Assembly: GCA_965219095.1 (NCBI GenBank)
Contig: OZ244719.1
Coordinates: 642,142 to 706,141 of the forward strand
Source: Bdellovibrionales bacterium
GTDB taxonomy: Bacteria; Bdellovibrionota; Bdellovibrionia; Bdellovibrionales; UBA1609
Length of the DNA stretch: 64,000 nt
Reading direction: 5' to 3'
The position numbers and the translations under genes were made by a program. The notes under the pieces were generated by a model that did no database searches, was not told where the DNA came from, and saw nothing but the letters and a program-made list of their open reading frames with translations. Positions 10,305-21,727 of this stretch are shown here, piece by piece (within the stretch, counting starts at the first letter, position 1; every line of letters begins with the position of its first letter).

Positions 10305-10771
10305 TCCAGAAAAACTCTCTCATGAACTAAGCTTATGGTCAAGATTCATTGGCTGCTTCGCCCTAAGATAGTAGACCTTAACCCTTTAATAATTGGAAGA
10401 GAGGTCAAGTTGCAGTAGTGGAGATCAAAAGCTTGAACTTGAAGAACTGGTAATTTTGCAAATAAGTCAGAATTCTTTTTGGTGATTTGCTAAACTCTTT
10501 ATTGAGCTTAGCTATCAAATAGAAACAAGAGGCAAGGCTATGTTTTAATACCAAAGATAGTGGGATCTATTATGAGTTTCTTTTAATCTATACTTTCGTA
10601 GAGAGGCTTGATTTCCTATGAAAATGATTATTATGAAGATTTATAATAATACGATCAGGAATTATAGAAGTTCAATTATTAAAGTCAATTAGAAAGCTTT
10701 TTTCTCATAGGGATGACCAGTCTTTTTGAAAGGCTTGTCATTCATATTTTCTTTTTTTCATAGATAATTTC

Positions 10772-10847
10772 TGGTGACCCGCCTAGGATTCGAACCTAGG
10801 ACCCTCTCCTTAAAAGGGAGATGCTCTACCAACTGAGCTAGCGGATC
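10772..10847 (-). tRNA. tRNA-Lys(TTT)
   Basis: GATCCGCTAGCTCAGTTGGTAGAGCATCTCCCTTTTAAGGAGA...GGTTCGAATCCTAGGCGGGTCACCA. Confidence 0.95.
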
Positions 10848-10959
10848 TCACCCAATTTACAAACTACAAGAGTTTTCGTCAATAAAAACCAGTCTAAACA
10901 AGTGAATTTTTTAATAAAATCCCTTTTCTACAAAAACCTTTTCTTATAAAATAAAACAT

Positions 10960-11727
10960 ATGAAAGAGATAAAGAGTGTTTTTTCCTATTTGCTTATCAT
11001 TGCACTGTGTATGAGCAGTCTTTTTTTGTTGAAAAAAAATGAAAAACCTTTTGAGAGAAAAGAAGCCGAAACTTATATTTATCCTCCTGAGTCTATTGAA
11101 CATATGGTTTTAGGTTACAATGAGGTCTTAGCTGACAGTCTTTGGCTAAGGTGGATTCAAAGTATCGATCTTTGTGGTAAAAACACCATAACAAGACAAG
11201 ATTATGAAAAAAAATTAATCGAAATGAGTCCCTCTGCCGAGGAATTCAAAAAAGCTAAAGACCTTGTCGTTTTAAAAGGTCATTTTGAAAACAAAAAACC
11301 TGTATGTAACAAAGGCTGGTCTTTTAAAATTTTAAAAGCTATCACTTATTTAGCACCCAAGTTCATTTTACCTTATACAGCAGGAGCTAGTGCTTTAAGT
11401 GTTATCACTGAAGACCATTTAGGGGCTAAGAGCCTTTTCGATAGAGGAAATCAACTTCATCCTGACAACTGGAGGATTTCCTTTTATGGTGCTTACCATT
11501 ATTTGTATGAACTCTATAATGTGAAGAAGGCTGCTGACCTTATGTTACAATCAGCTAGAACAGGGGGACAATCTTGGTTTTATCATTTAGCTTCCAGTCT
11601 TTACACACAATCCGGTCAAGCTCAATTAGGCCTTTCTATCTTGAAAACACAACTCAAAAATACTAGGGACAAAAAAGATCGAAAAAAAATTTTAGAAAAG
11701 ATAGAAAAGCTGAAGAAATCACTTTAG
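10960..11727 (+). CDS. Membrane-anchored helical/TPR-like hypothetical protein
   Basis: N-terminal TM helix, LGYNEVLADSLWLRWIQ motif, helical repeat-like C-terminal half. Confidence 0.65.
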   Translation: MKEIKSVFSYLLIIALCMSSLFLLKKNEKPFERKEAETYIYPPESIEHMVLGYNEVLADSLWLRWIQSIDLCGKNTITRQDYEKKLIEMSPSAEEFKKAKDLVVLKGHFENKKPVCNKGWSFKILKAITYLAPKFILPYTAGASALSVITEDHLGAKSLFDRGNQLHPDNWRISFYGAYHYLYELYNVKKAADLMLQSARTGGQSWFYHLASSLYTQSGQAQLGLSILKTQLKNTRDKKDRKKILEKIEKLKKSL

Positions 11728-11796
11728 AAAGCTTAAAAAATTTCACAGAGTGTTTTTTTAACTTGACTCTTTTGGTTCTCAATACATATTAAGTCT

Positions 11797-12876
11797 ATGG
11801 TTTCACGAAATTATTACGAAGTTTTAGGAGTGAATCGAGGTGATGATGAAAAAACTATTAAAGCTGCTTATCGTAAAATGGCTTTGAAGTATCACCCTGA
11901 TCGAAATCTAGGCGATAAACAGGCTGAAGAGAAATTCAAAGAAGCGGCCAACGCCTATAGCGTTTTAAGTGATCCTGAAAAAAAAACTCGTTATGATCAA
12001 TTCGGCCATTCAGGTGTGGAAGGACCTGGGGAAGCTAGTGGATTTCACAATGTAAGTGACATTTTTGATAGTTTTGGGGATATCTTTTCTAGCTTTTTTG
12101 ATGGCACAGCAGGAGGAGGATTTGGAAGAGGTTTCAGACAAAGACAAAGGGGTCAGGACTTTCGTTATCATTTAGAGGTGGGCTTAGAAACTATTTTAGA
12201 AGATTCCGAACAAGTGATTCAATTTGGCTTTGAAGATGTCTGTAAGAAATGTAAGGGTACAGGAGCTTATGAAGGTAGAGCTCTAAAAACCTGCTCCTAT
12301 TGTGGTGGACAGGGTCAAGTTCACCAAAAACAAGGGTTCTTTTTTATGTCTACAACTTGCAAGGTGTGTCATGGCTTAGGGCAACAGATTGAAAAGAAAT
12401 GTAAAAACTGTCGTGGAACAGGCCAATCAGAAGCTCATAGAAAAATTAAAGTCAAAATTCCTAAAGGAATCTCTTCTGGAACACAATTGCGTTTAGCAGG
12501 AGAAGGGGGAAGTGGGCAAAAAGGAGCCCCCTCAGGGGATCTTTATGTAGAAATTTTTGTGAAACATCATAAAAAATTTGAAAGAAGGGGAGAGCATCTT
12601 ATAGCAAGATTAAAGATCTCTTACCTTCAAGCTCTTTTAGGGGCTAAAATTAAGGTAAAAAATTTACGTGGCCAAACAAAAGAACTGACCCTTCCTAAAG
12701 GGACAAAGCACAATGACACCTTGAGACTTCGAGGCGAAGGGCTTTATTCAAGAGGCTTTTCTAAAGGAGACTTATTGTTTCATGTAGCTGTTGAGTGGCC
12801 TGAGAAGTTAAATAAAAAAGAAGAAAAATTGTTGCGTGAAATCGCTGATATAAAAAGAGAAAATGTTTCAAAATGA
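11797..12876 (+). CDS. dnaJ: Chaperone DnaJ
   Basis: J-domain HPD, G/F region, four CxxCxGxG motifs. Confidence 0.98.
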   Translation: MVSRNYYEVLGVNRGDDEKTIKAAYRKMALKYHPDRNLGDKQAEEKFKEAANAYSVLSDPEKKTRYDQFGHSGVEGPGEASGFHNVSDIFDSFGDIFSSFFDGTAGGGFGRGFRQRQRGQDFRYHLEVGLETILEDSEQVIQFGFEDVCKKCKGTGAYEGRALKTCSYCGGQGQVHQKQGFFFMSTTCKVCHGLGQQIEKKCKNCRGTGQSEAHRKIKVKIPKGISSGTQLRLAGEGGSGQKGAPSGDLYVEIFVKHHKKFERRGEHLIARLKISYLQALLGAKIKVKNLRGQTKELTLPKGTKHNDTLRLRGEGLYSRGFSKGDLLFHVAVEWPEKLNKKEEKLLREIADIKRENVSK

Positions 12877-12945
12877 GTCTATATCTTGACATCTTTTAGA
12901 AAAGACTCATTTTGAAATAAAAGAAAATGAAAGGAGATTAAAATT

Positions 12946-14889
12946 ATGAGTGAAAGAATTATAGGGATTGATTTAGGAACAACAAACTCATGTGTTGCTA
13001 TTGTTGAGGCTCAGGGCAAGGGAGCAAAGGTTCTTTTCAATGAAGAGGGAGAAAGGACAACGCCTTCCGTTGTATCATGGACAAAAGAAGGAGAAAAAAC
13101 AGTAGGTCACTTAGCCAAAAGACAAGCCATAACTAACCCTGAGAATACTATTTTTTCCTCAAAAAGATTTATTGGGAATAAATTTGAAGAAGTAGAAGGA
13201 GAGATCAAAAGGGTTCCTTATAAAATTGTTAAAAAAGAAAATGGAGATTGTGCTGTTGAACTATCCTCTGGAAAAAAAATGTCTCCAGAAGAAATAGGGG
13301 CTTCTGTTTTAGCAAAACTTAAAAAAGTTGCAGAAGATTATCTAGGGGAACCAATCACAAAGGCTGTGATAACAGTTCCTGCTTACTTTAACGATGCTCA
13401 AAGACAAGCCACCAAAGATGCAGGAAAAATTGCAGGCCTTCAGGTAGAACGTATTATTAATGAGCCTACAGCAGCAGCTCTTGCTTACGGATTGGATAAA
13501 AAAACAAATGAAAAAGTTGCTGTTTTTGATTTTGGTGGAGGAACTTTTGATATTTCCATACTAGATATAGGAGATAATCTTGTTGAAGTGAAATCTACAA
13601 ATGGTGATAGCCACCTTGGAGGAGATAACTTTGATAATATGATTTTAGATTGGCTTGTAGAAAATTTTAAAAAAGATACAGGAATTGATCTTTTAAAAGA
13701 TACTATGGCTTTACAAAGACTTAAAGACGCTGCTGAAAAAGCAAAAATTGAATTGAGTACGATTCAAGAAACAGAGATCAATTTACCCTTCATTACAGCG
13801 ATTTCTTCTGAACCCAAACATTTAACAGCTAAGCTTTCTCGGGCTAAATTTGAACAGATGACAGAGAGTTTAATTCAAAGATCTATTAAGCTTTGTAAAT
13901 TGGCTCTTCAAGATGCTAAAATGTCTCCTAAAGACATCAACGAAGTCATTCTTGTGGGAGGAACAACAAGAATTCCAAGTGTACAAACTGCCATAAAACA
14001 ACTTTTCGAAAAAGAACCTAACAAATCAGTTAATCCTGATGAAGTAGTAGCCATGGGAGCTGCAATTCAAGGAGGTGTTTTAAGCGGTGATATTAAAGAG
14101 GTTTTGCTTTTAGATGTAACTCCCCTTTCTTTAGGTATTGAAACCTTAGGAGGAGTGATGACAAAGCTTATTGATAGAAACACCACTTTACCAACTCGCA
14201 AGTCACAAGTTTTTTCAACAGCAGCAGATAATCAACAAACAGTTGATGTAGTTGTTCTGCAAGGTGAACGTGAAATGGCACAAGATAATAAACTTTTAGG
14301 AAGATTTGAATTAGGAGGCATCCCCTTAGCTCCTAGAGGAGTTCCTCAGATTGAAGTAGCCTTTGACATTGATACAAATGGAATTATTAACGTATCAGCA
14401 AAAGATCTAAAAACAGGTAAAGCTCAAAAAATCGAAATTAAAACTAAAACAGGTCTAAGCGAAAAAGAAGTTGAAGAAATGGTCAAAGAAGCAGAACTTT
14501 ATGCAGAAGAGGATAAAAGAAAAAAAGACCTTGTTTTTGCACGAAACGATTTAGACAACTTGATCTATCAATCAGAAAAAATGCTCACAGAACAAGGTAA
14601 AGATGCTGACAGTAACCTTAAAAAAGATATGACAGAGGTCATTAAGAAAGCTAAAGGTGTCATCGGAGACTCTAGTGACATTAGTGCTCTTCGTGCACAA
14701 TATGATGATTTATCAAAAGTTAGTCAGTCTTTCTCTCAAGCTCTCTACGATAAAAAAACCACAACAGAGGAAAAAGATGGAAATTCAACAAGCGGAAATT
14801 CAACTGAGGCTGAGAGTCAGGATCATTCTAACGAAAAGATTATTGATGCCGAATACAAAGATGTTAATGATAACACATCATCAAAGTAA
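12946..14889 (+). CDS. dnaK: Chaperone DnaK (Hsp70)
   Basis: [37 protein letters not shown]. Confidence 0.99.
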   Translation: MSERIIGIDLGTTNSCVAIVEAQGKGAKVLFNEEGERTTPSVVSWTKEGEKTVGHLAKRQAITNPENTIFSSKRFIGNKFEEVEGEIKRVPYKIVKKENGDCAVELSSGKKMSPEEIGASVLAKLKKVAEDYLGEPITKAVITVPAYFNDAQRQATKDAGKIAGLQVERIINEPTAAALAYGLDKKTNEKVAVFDFGGGTFDISILDIGDNLVEVKSTNGDSHLGGDNFDNMILDWLVENFKKDTGIDLLKDTMALQRLKDAAEKAKIELSTIQETEINLPFITAISSEPKHLTAKLSRAKFEQMTESLIQRSIKLCKLALQDAKMSPKDINEVILVGGTTRIPSVQTAIKQLFEKEPNKSVNPDEVVAMGAAIQGGVLSGDIKEVLLLDVTPLSLGIETLGGVMTKLIDRNTTLPTRKSQVFSTAADNQQTVDVVVLQGEREMAQDNKLLGRFELGGIPLAPRGVPQIEVAFDIDTNGIINVSAKDLKTGKAQKIEIKTKTGLSEKEVEEMVKEAELYAEEDKRKKDLVFARNDLDNLIYQSEKMLTEQGKDADSNLKKDMTEVIKKAKGVIGDSSDISALRAQYDDLSKVSQSFSQALYDKKTTTEEKDGNSTSGNSTEAESQDHSNEKIIDAEYKDVNDNTSSK

Positions 14890-14890
14890 A

Positions 14891-14958
14891 TTAAAAAAGC
14901 TCATCTTACTAAAAAAGCACCTTTTAAGGTGCTTTTTTAGTAAGATGAGCTTTTTTAA
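14891..14958. terminator. Perfect 33-bp-arm inverted repeat, probable bidirectional terminator between dnaK and tig
   Basis: TTAAAAAAGCTCATCTTACTAAAAAAGCACCTT-TT-AAGGTGCTTTTTTAGTAAGATGAGCTTTTTTAA. Confidence 0.85.
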
Positions 14959-15093
14959 AGCAAGGTTTTTGTAATAAAAAATGCCTTATTTTGAGTAATA
15001 CGTCTCGTCTGCACCTTGCCTCACTAACAGGTGTATTTGGTTTAATTGGTTTAAAAGGTAAAATTTTCTAAAATGATAAGGAAAAAAACAGCC

Positions 15094-16512
15094 TTAAAGG
15101 TTAATCTCCTTAGAACTTCTTTTATAAAGATTTATTATCTTTCTGTAAGTATTTTTGATAGGAGAAACACTTATACGAAAGAGTCGTTTGATAAATTGAA
15201 GACAATTGAAATATCGTGATTTAAATGATGAAATTTTTTGTAAAGAATCGAGGTCAATGTGATTTTCCCTCAAAACAATATCTACAATTGCATCCTTGAA
15301 CATCTTTTCTCTTATGTCATCCTTGATTTGTATAATTTTACTCTCTTCGAAGGATTCATCAGGAAATATCCTTAAAAACTCTTCTTCAACATCGATAAAT
15401 ATATTTTCTTGTCTTGCCAAATCAGCTAACAATTTCTGAGAGTGAAGAACTTCTTTAGCTTCTTGTTCGAAATGATCCTCGCGTTGCTCTATATATTCCT
15501 CAATATATGCTTTATTTGCTCCTCTTTTTTTCAGAAAATGAGTAACGTCATCATATATCATTTGAATTTTGGTTTTTAAAAAATTAGGGGGGAAGCTTTC
15601 AATTTTATTTTTGTCCCTTAAAGCCTTTAAAATATTTTCCATGAGATTCTCTTTTGCTTGCTTTTCTTTTTCTTGAAGAATAGCTTCTTTAATATCTTGT
15701 TTTAATTCTTCTGGAGTGTTCAAAGAAGAATTAATTTTTTGAATAAATTCCTTATTTACCTCTGGTAAAACTTTTTTAAAAATCCTCCTTACTTTAACTG
15801 TAAAAATAGCTGTTCGGCCAGCAAGAAATAATTCTTGGTAGTGTTTAGGAAATCTCACAAGAAACGTTTTTTCTTCTCCCATCTTCATCCCTGTAATCCC
15901 TTCTTCAAAGTCTTTTAACAACTTTATTATTGGACTTCCGATTTCTAGACGGATGTTTTGAACTTTGCTTCCTTTAAAGGGTTTCCCATCAACAGTTGCT
16001 GAATAATCAATTGAAAGAGCATCTTTATCTTGGGAGGGGCGATCCTCTAAAATAAGAATATAAGAGGCTTCTTGTTCACGAAGTTCTTCAAGGCGCTTTT
16101 CGCATTCTTCTTCACTGACTTTGAAATCTCCAATATTTATATCAAGAGATTTTATTTGAACCTTGTTTTGAGGCCAGACCTCAATTTTTGCTTGAAATTC
16201 AAAATCTTTTCCCATTTCAATTTCACTAAAATCAATTTTTGGAAGACCAATAGGAATTACATTGTGGCTCATTACAGCTTCTTCAAAAGAACGGTTAATG
16301 ATTTCTTGCAACACATCGTTATAAACATGGTGCTTATAATTTTTACAGATCAGATGAAAAGGGGCTTTCCCTTTACGAAAACCATGTATTTTTGCCTTTT
16401 TCTGTATAGAATGATATTTTTTTTCAAAAACCGAGTCCACCTTTTTTTGAGAAACAAAAACGTTAAATTGTTTTCTTGATTTATCTAAATTTTTTATTGT
16501 ACTGTTTATCAT
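15094..16512 (-). CDS. tig: Trigger factor
   Basis: IHGFRKGKAP ribosome-binding signature, FKBP domain (FEEGITGMKMGEEKTF..FPKHY). Confidence 0.92.
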   Translation of the reverse strand: MINSTIKNLDKSRKQFNVFVSQKKVDSVFEKKYHSIQKKAKIHGFRKGKAPFHLICKNYKHHVYNDVLQEIINRSFEEAVMSHNVIPIGLPKIDFSEIEMGKDFEFQAKIEVWPQNKVQIKSLDINIGDFKVSEEECEKRLEELREQEASYILILEDRPSQDKDALSIDYSATVDGKPFKGSKVQNIRLEIGSPIIKLLKDFEEGITGMKMGEEKTFLVRFPKHYQELFLAGRTAIFTVKVRRIFKKVLPEVNKEFIQKINSSLNTPEELKQDIKEAILQEKEKQAKENLMENILKALRDKNKIESFPPNFLKTKIQMIYDDVTHFLKKRGANKAYIEEYIEQREDHFEQEAKEVLHSQKLLADLARQENIFIDVEEEFLRIFPDESFEESKIIQIKDDIREKMFKDAIVDIVLRENHIDLDSLQKISSFKSRYFNCLQFIKRLFRISVSPIKNTYRKIINLYKRSSKEINL

Positions 16513-16697
16513 AAAAGACCTCCTTCTTGTACCACTTAAAGAAATTTTGATAGCACTGCCTTAATCTTGCCTTGCAAAAAACCTTGGACTAAAAGCAACT
16601 ACTTTAAAGATTAGATTCAAATAGCCTTAAAAACAAGAATGACGCAAGGCAATTTTTTTTATCTTTTAGCACTTAAAATGGTTAAACTTAAAGAACT

Positions 16698-17510
16698 ATA
16701 AAGAATCAAAGAATTAAAGTTTTTTTTGTAACAGGTAAAGGAGGGGTGGGAAAGACTTTTATCTCCTTAGCCCTTACAAAGGCTTTTATAAAATGCGGTT
16801 TAAAAACTAAATGTGTTGCTTTCAATGCTCCGGATGATTCTTTAGAGGGTTTTTCTGTGGAACATTATTCTGTGACAGAGTGTCTTACAGAGTACTTAAG
16901 CCACTTTATTCCAGCAAAAAAAATCATTCATAAAGCCTTGTCTAATAAACTTTCTTCAGTTGTATTAAATGTAACTCCAGGCCTCACAGACATGGCACGT
17001 TTAGGTAAAATTACAAGTGGTCCAAGAGGTTTTGGAGTTCCCATTAAAGAAGATATTATTGTTGTTGATTCTTATTCAACAGGGTATTTTCAAACCCTTT
17101 TGAAAGCACCACAGTCATTTTATGATATTGTGCCTTTAGGTTATATAAAAAAAATATGTCAAGAAATCAAAGAAGTCCTCAAAGAATCTCATTTTATAGT
17201 GACATCTTTACCTGAAGCTTGGTCTTTGATGGAAACTGAAGATACGTTTAACTTTCTTAACAGATGGGGGGCAAAACATGTGTATCACTTCACAAATCGT
17301 ATTTTCAAAGAGGATTTAACTGATGAACTGCAACAATGGCTTAAGAAACCTAAGCTTATGTCTTTTTATGAGAAAAAATACTTAGATCAAACAAAAATTC
17401 TTAAAAATATCAAAAGAGATGTAGATTTATCTCAGATCGATAAAACATCTCATTTAGAGGTGATAGAGAGTTTGTCTAAGGAGTTGGAGGTCTTTTGCAA
17501 AACCTTTTAA
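16698..17510 (+). CDS. ArsA/Get3-like ATPase, first of a tandem pair (non-canonical ATA start inferred)
   Basis: Frame is open upstream of the tracked GTG: IKNQRIKVFFVTGKGGVGKT (deviant Walker A); PGL..M..LGK; IVVDSYSTG. Confidence 0.8.
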   Translation: MKNQRIKVFFVTGKGGVGKTFISLALTKAFIKCGLKTKCVAFNAPDDSLEGFSVEHYSVTECLTEYLSHFIPAKKIIHKALSNKLSSVVLNVTPGLTDMARLGKITSGPRGFGVPIKEDIIVVDSYSTGYFQTLLKAPQSFYDIVPLGYIKKICQEIKEVLKESHFIVTSLPEAWSLMETEDTFNFLNRWGAKHVYHFTNRIFKEDLTDELQQWLKKPKLMSFYEKKYLDQTKILKNIKRDVDLSQIDKTSHLEVIESLSKELEVFCKTF

Positions 17511-18529
17511 AGAGAAAGAAAATTATCATTTGTGCAGGTTCTGGAGGTGTAGGAAAAACCACTATAGCGGCTTCTATAGCTTGCTTTTCGGCCTCGAAAG
17601 GCTATAGAACCTTTGTTTTGACTATAGACCCTTCTTACCGGTTAAAAACAGCCCTAGGTTTTGATGAAAATTCTCATAAAAAACAAATTCATCATATAAA
17701 AACAAAAGCCCCTCTTTTTGTGTCGGTTTTACAACCTCAAGCTGTTTTCGATCATTTTATAAAACGTCATTGCAAAACAGAAGAGTCATTTAGGAAACTT
17801 AAAAATAACATTATCTATAAAGAACTTAGCACTCGTTTAGGTTTTTATCAGGAATTTACTGCACTTTTAGAAGTTTATGAAGCCTTTCATTCTGAAGAGT
17901 TTGATAAAATCATTTTAGACACCCCTCCTGGGCCACAGTTTATGAATTTTTTAAAAGGCAGTGAAATTATGAGTCCTTTGTTTGAAAAAAGACTTATCAA
18001 ATGGCTTACTCAAGCCTCTTATCAGCAAAGTTTTTTTTCAAAACTTTTTTTCCAAGGGCCAATTCTTTTTATGAATCTTGTAAAAAGATTTGCAGGCCAT
18101 CCTTTTGTAGAAAGCTTGTATGAATTTATGACAGAGTTGAGTGAGATTAAAGAGCCTATTTTATCCTGCCTGTCTCATATAGAGACACTTCTTTTATCTT
18201 CTCATACAGCCTACGTAGGTGTTGTGGGAGAAGAAGGCCGGCTCTTTGATATCAAAAGAGCTTACGATGTTTTGATTTTGAACCGCCTAGCTCCTTTTGA
18301 GCTCGATCTTTCGTTAGATCGGGTGTGTGAACAGATTGAGGCCTTAAAGCCTCCTCTTTCTCAAAAGCTTAAAAGCTTTTTTCTTCAAAAAGCAAGATGT
18401 CTTTACCAAAAAAGAGATAAGTATGCTAAGATTTTCAAAGGAAAGGTATATTGGGTCTTTGATGAAGAGCAGGAAAAAAGACCAGAAGATTTTTTAAAAA
18501 AAATAATGCTTCAATGGGAGGAGCTATGA
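17495..18529 (+). CDS. ArsA/Get3-like ATPase, second of the pair
   Basis: CAGSGGVGKTT, VLTIDPS.RL..ALG, IILDTPP. Confidence 0.85.
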   Translation: MQNLLKRKKIIICAGSGGVGKTTIAASIACFSASKGYRTFVLTIDPSYRLKTALGFDENSHKKQIHHIKTKAPLFVSVLQPQAVFDHFIKRHCKTEESFRKLKNNIIYKELSTRLGFYQEFTALLEVYEAFHSEEFDKIILDTPPGPQFMNFLKGSEIMSPLFEKRLIKWLTQASYQQSFFSKLFFQGPILFMNLVKRFAGHPFVESLYEFMTELSEIKEPILSCLSHIETLLLSSHTAYVGVVGEEGRLFDIKRAYDVLILNRLAPFELDLSLDRVCEQIEALKPPLSQKLKSFFLQKARCLYQKRDKYAKIFKGKVYWVFDEEQEKRPEDFLKKIMLQWEEL

Positions 18530-19485
18530 AGTTTATATTTATTATGATTTTCTCTGTTTTTTTCCTATCTTGTTCTCATCAACCGAAAGTTTCAAAAGAA
18601 ACCGTTCAAGAAGCCCATAAGTCCTTTCAGATCCAATTGGATCAAGCACTAAACTTGATGAATGTAGATCAAGATAACGCTGCTTTACGCATTTTAAAAA
18701 ATTTATTTAAAAAAACAAAGATCTCTCAATTAAAATCCGTAGTTTTATACAACATAGGTCTTCTTTTGGAAAAGAAAAAAAAATGTTCTAGTGCAAAGAT
18801 AGTTTATAACAAAGCTATTTCTATGAATGAGCTTCAAGATAGTGTTATAGAAGCACAAGCTCTATGGAGGTTAAGTTTTGTAAAAGAGTGCTTAAAAGAT
18901 TACCACGGTATGTTAGCTGTTTTAAAGGATGTGCAGTCACGAACTCACCTTCTTCCTCCTGAAACAGCTTTTGTTGAATTAAATTCAAAGATGGCTTTAG
19001 CTTATAAAAAACTTGAAAAACCCAAACTCTACGAAGATTACTGGCTTAAAGCTAGGAAAGGACTTAGAGTTTTAAATGAAAGAATATCTAGTATAAATCA
19101 TAAAAAGGCATCTTTTTCCAGACTGTTTTATAACTTAGGTAATTTTGGTTCTGGAGTATTAGATGATAAAGCAAGCCTTTCATATCTAAAAAGACAAAGA
19201 GATTTACAAAAATACTTTCTTCGTTCTGTAGAGCTAACTCAGAAGCCTTGGTCTTACAGATCTGCCAAAAAAATTATAGAGGATTATAAGAACTTTGTTC
19301 ATCTCATGAAGAAAACAAACTCTAAGATCATAGCCAAAGAAATTTTAAAAAATATAAAATCCTTGAAATCTCAAAGATTTCCTGACCCCAAGGAAAGCCC
19401 TCTTGTAAAAAAACTGTTCAAAATAATAGATGTTCAATACAAAAAAGTGAAAAACTATATTCATGATTCTGAAAAGAATTCATAA
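18526..19485 (+). CDS. TPR-like lipoprotein
   Basis: Lipobox FLSC; helical repeats (YNIGLLLE...). Confidence 0.7.
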   Translation: MKFIFIMIFSVFFLSCSHQPKVSKETVQEAHKSFQIQLDQALNLMNVDQDNAALRILKNLFKKTKISQLKSVVLYNIGLLLEKKKKCSSAKIVYNKAISMNELQDSVIEAQALWRLSFVKECLKDYHGMLAVLKDVQSRTHLLPPETAFVELNSKMALAYKKLEKPKLYEDYWLKARKGLRVLNERISSINHKKASFSRLFYNLGNFGSGVLDDKASLSYLKRQRDLQKYFLRSVELTQKPWSYRSAKKIIEDYKNFVHLMKKTNSKIIAKEILKNIKSLKSQRFPDPKESPLVKKLFKIIDVQYKKVKNYIHDSEKNS

Positions 19486-20659
19486 TCGCTTAATAGAAAA
19501 AAGAGATAGGATTGAATCTTGGTTTTTTGATAAAACACAAGACTTTCAGTTTCCTATTTATTCAAGTTTTGATATGAGAAATTCATCTTTTAAAATTGCA
19601 CCTGTGGATGCTAATTTGTTTCCAGCGGGGTTTAACAATATTTGTGAAAAAGATAAGGAGTTTTCTCAGAAAGCAATCCAAGAGTATTTAAAAGAAAGAT
19701 ACCCCGAAGTAGATAGAATCACCTTGATTTCAGAAAACCATACAAAAAACATTTATTATTGGGATAATGTTCAAACACTTGAAGCTATTTTCTCTTCGGC
19801 AATTAAAAAAGTATCTTTAGCCTTTTTAAAACGAGGTTCTATGCCGGAAGTTTTAGAAGTGGAAAACTCTAGAGGAGAAGTGTTTAAAGTGGAATCTTTT
19901 TCAAGAGATAGGTTAGGAAAAAATCATCATCTTATAATAAGCAACAATGATTTTTCAACACCTTATCCTGATTTAAAAAACATTAACATGGAGCCGTCCT
20001 ACCAGATGGGCTGGCATAGAAGAAAAAAAAATGTGTTTTTTTCTTTTTATAATAAATTTATAAGAGAATTTTCAAGTCTTTTAGATCTTCCAAAAGATCT
20101 CTTAACCATATCTTGCGAGGTATTTGAGCCCTTTAATGTCAGTGATCGGAATCATTTAAAAGAACTTGCCTCAAAAGTGGATGAATTCATTAATGCAAGA
20201 AAGAAAGAATACAAAGATTTGAACTTCAAGGATTCGCCCTTTGTTTTTATAAAAAATATATCTGGAACTTATGGTTTAGGTGTGACTCCTGTGAGTTCTG
20301 GACATGAAGTTCTAACATGGAACAATCGTGTAAGGACAAAACTCAAAGCAAGTAAAGAAAAGGCAAAAGTCACTGGAATTTTGATTCAAGAAGCCATCCC
20401 TAGTATAGACTCCATAGGAGGCTCTACAGCAGAGCCGGTTATCTATAGTGTAGGCTCAGAACCTGTAGGAGGATTCTTAAGGGCTCATTCTCTTAAAAGC
20501 GATAAAGAAAATCTCAACAGTCCTGGAGCTGTTTACAAGCGTTTATGCTTGAGTGATTTAAAGATCAACCCTGAAGGAGCGATTGTTGAGAACGTTTATG
20601 GATGGTTGGCTAAAGTAGGTCTTATGAGTTTATCAGAAGAAATAAAGTGCCTTTCTTAA
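19463..20659 (+). CDS. gshA: Glutamate--cysteine ligase, divergent TIGR02049-type
   Basis: YSSFDMRNSSFKIAPVDANLFPAGFNN, GWHRRKK, K..SGTYGLG, ENLNSPGA. Confidence 0.88.
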   Translation: MILKRIHNRLIEKRDRIESWFFDKTQDFQFPIYSSFDMRNSSFKIAPVDANLFPAGFNNICEKDKEFSQKAIQEYLKERYPEVDRITLISENHTKNIYYWDNVQTLEAIFSSAIKKVSLAFLKRGSMPEVLEVENSRGEVFKVESFSRDRLGKNHHLIISNNDFSTPYPDLKNINMEPSYQMGWHRRKKNVFFSFYNKFIREFSSLLDLPKDLLTISCEVFEPFNVSDRNHLKELASKVDEFINARKKEYKDLNFKDSPFVFIKNISGTYGLGVTPVSSGHEVLTWNNRVRTKLKASKEKAKVTGILIQEAIPSIDSIGGSTAEPVIYSVGSEPVGGFLRAHSLKSDKENLNSPGAVYKRLCLSDLKINPEGAIVENVYGWLAKVGLMSLSEEIKCLS

Positions 20660-20866
20660 ATTTAGAAGAACTTCAAAGAGGTTTTTCTCAGCTTGTCATT
20701 ACCTCTCGGTTATACTAGCAAGTTGATTCTGGGCTTCACTAAAAATTTAATTGTGAGATTGTGTGTGTTGGTTTTTTTCTCAAGATGGGTTTAGATATAA
20801 AATTTGTAGCCATTAAGGTTTAGCTCTATCTTGCATTTTTCTTTAAGAGGTGATACTGTTATTTTC

Positions 20867-21727
20867 ATGATAAAGGTTTCAACGGAAAGTTATTTTACAA
20901 GCTTTGATAAAACTAAGTTGTTCTATGAAATTTTCGATAAAGTTAAAAACCCTAAGGGGGTTTTTTTAACACTCCATGGTTTAGGAGGTTATTCTGGTGT
21001 TTTTAGGGAGTTCTCTGAGAGCCTCAATGAAAATGGTTTTCAGACTATTCTTTTGAACTTAAGAGGACATGGGCTTTCTGATGGCCAAAGGGGCTTTGTA
21101 GGACAGTTCTCCCACTTCGAAAAAGATCTCTACCTTTTTATAAGGCACGTAAGAGAATCCTTGAAAATCAAAAAACCTTTGTTTCTTTTAGGACAGTCTA
21201 TAGGAGGGCTTATTTGTTTTGATACTGTTATTGGCTACGGAGTACAAAATTTATCCGGCATGGTACTTACCTGTCCTGCTATAGGTGATTTTAAAAAAGA
21301 AATTCCTAAATTTAAAGAACGTATTGCTGAATGGACAGCCAAGTACTTTCCTCGCATTACAATGTTCAACGAAATTCGCTACGAAGACTTGACTCGTAAT
21401 AAAAAAGCTATTGAGGCCTTTAAAAAAGACGTGTTCTTTCATAGAAGAATTAGTTCTCGTTTGTTTTTACAGATGCGGGATAAGATGCATCAATCTTATG
21501 AACTAGCCTCAGAGATTAAAATTCCTGTTCTGTTTGTGTCTTCCCAACAAGACCCTATTTTCAAGCACAGAGAGCATAAGAAAATTTTTGAAAAACTAGG
21601 GTCTTCTCAAAAAGATAAAAAATTTCTTGTTTATAAAAACTTAAAGCATGATTTATTTTTTGAAAAAGAAGGTGGTGGTCTTTATAATGAAGTTATCAAA
21701 TGGGCACAAGAAAGGTTGAAAATATGA
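20867..21727 (+). CDS. Alpha/beta hydrolase (lysophospholipase/monoacylglycerol lipase-like)
   Basis: HGLGG, LRGHGLSDG.RG, nucleophile GQSIGG, C-terminal catalytic His (KHDLFFE). Confidence 0.88.
   Translation: MIKVSTESYFTSFDKTKLFYEIFDKVKNPKGVFLTLHGLGGYSGVFREFSESLNENGFQTILLNLRGHGLSDGQRGFVGQFSHFEKDLYLFIRHVRESLKIKKPLFLLGQSIGGLICFDTVIGYGVQNLSGMVLTCPAIGDFKKEIPKFKERIAEWTAKYFPRITMFNEIRYEDLTRNKKAIEAFKKDVFFHRRISSRLFLQMRDKMHQSYELASEIKIPVLFVSSQQDPIFKHREHKKIFEKLGSSQKDKKFLVYKNLKHDLFFEKEGGGLYNEVIKWAQERLKI

Noticed and set aside
10132..10323. 63-aa ORF
   Set aside because: Overlaps tRNA-Glu; spurious
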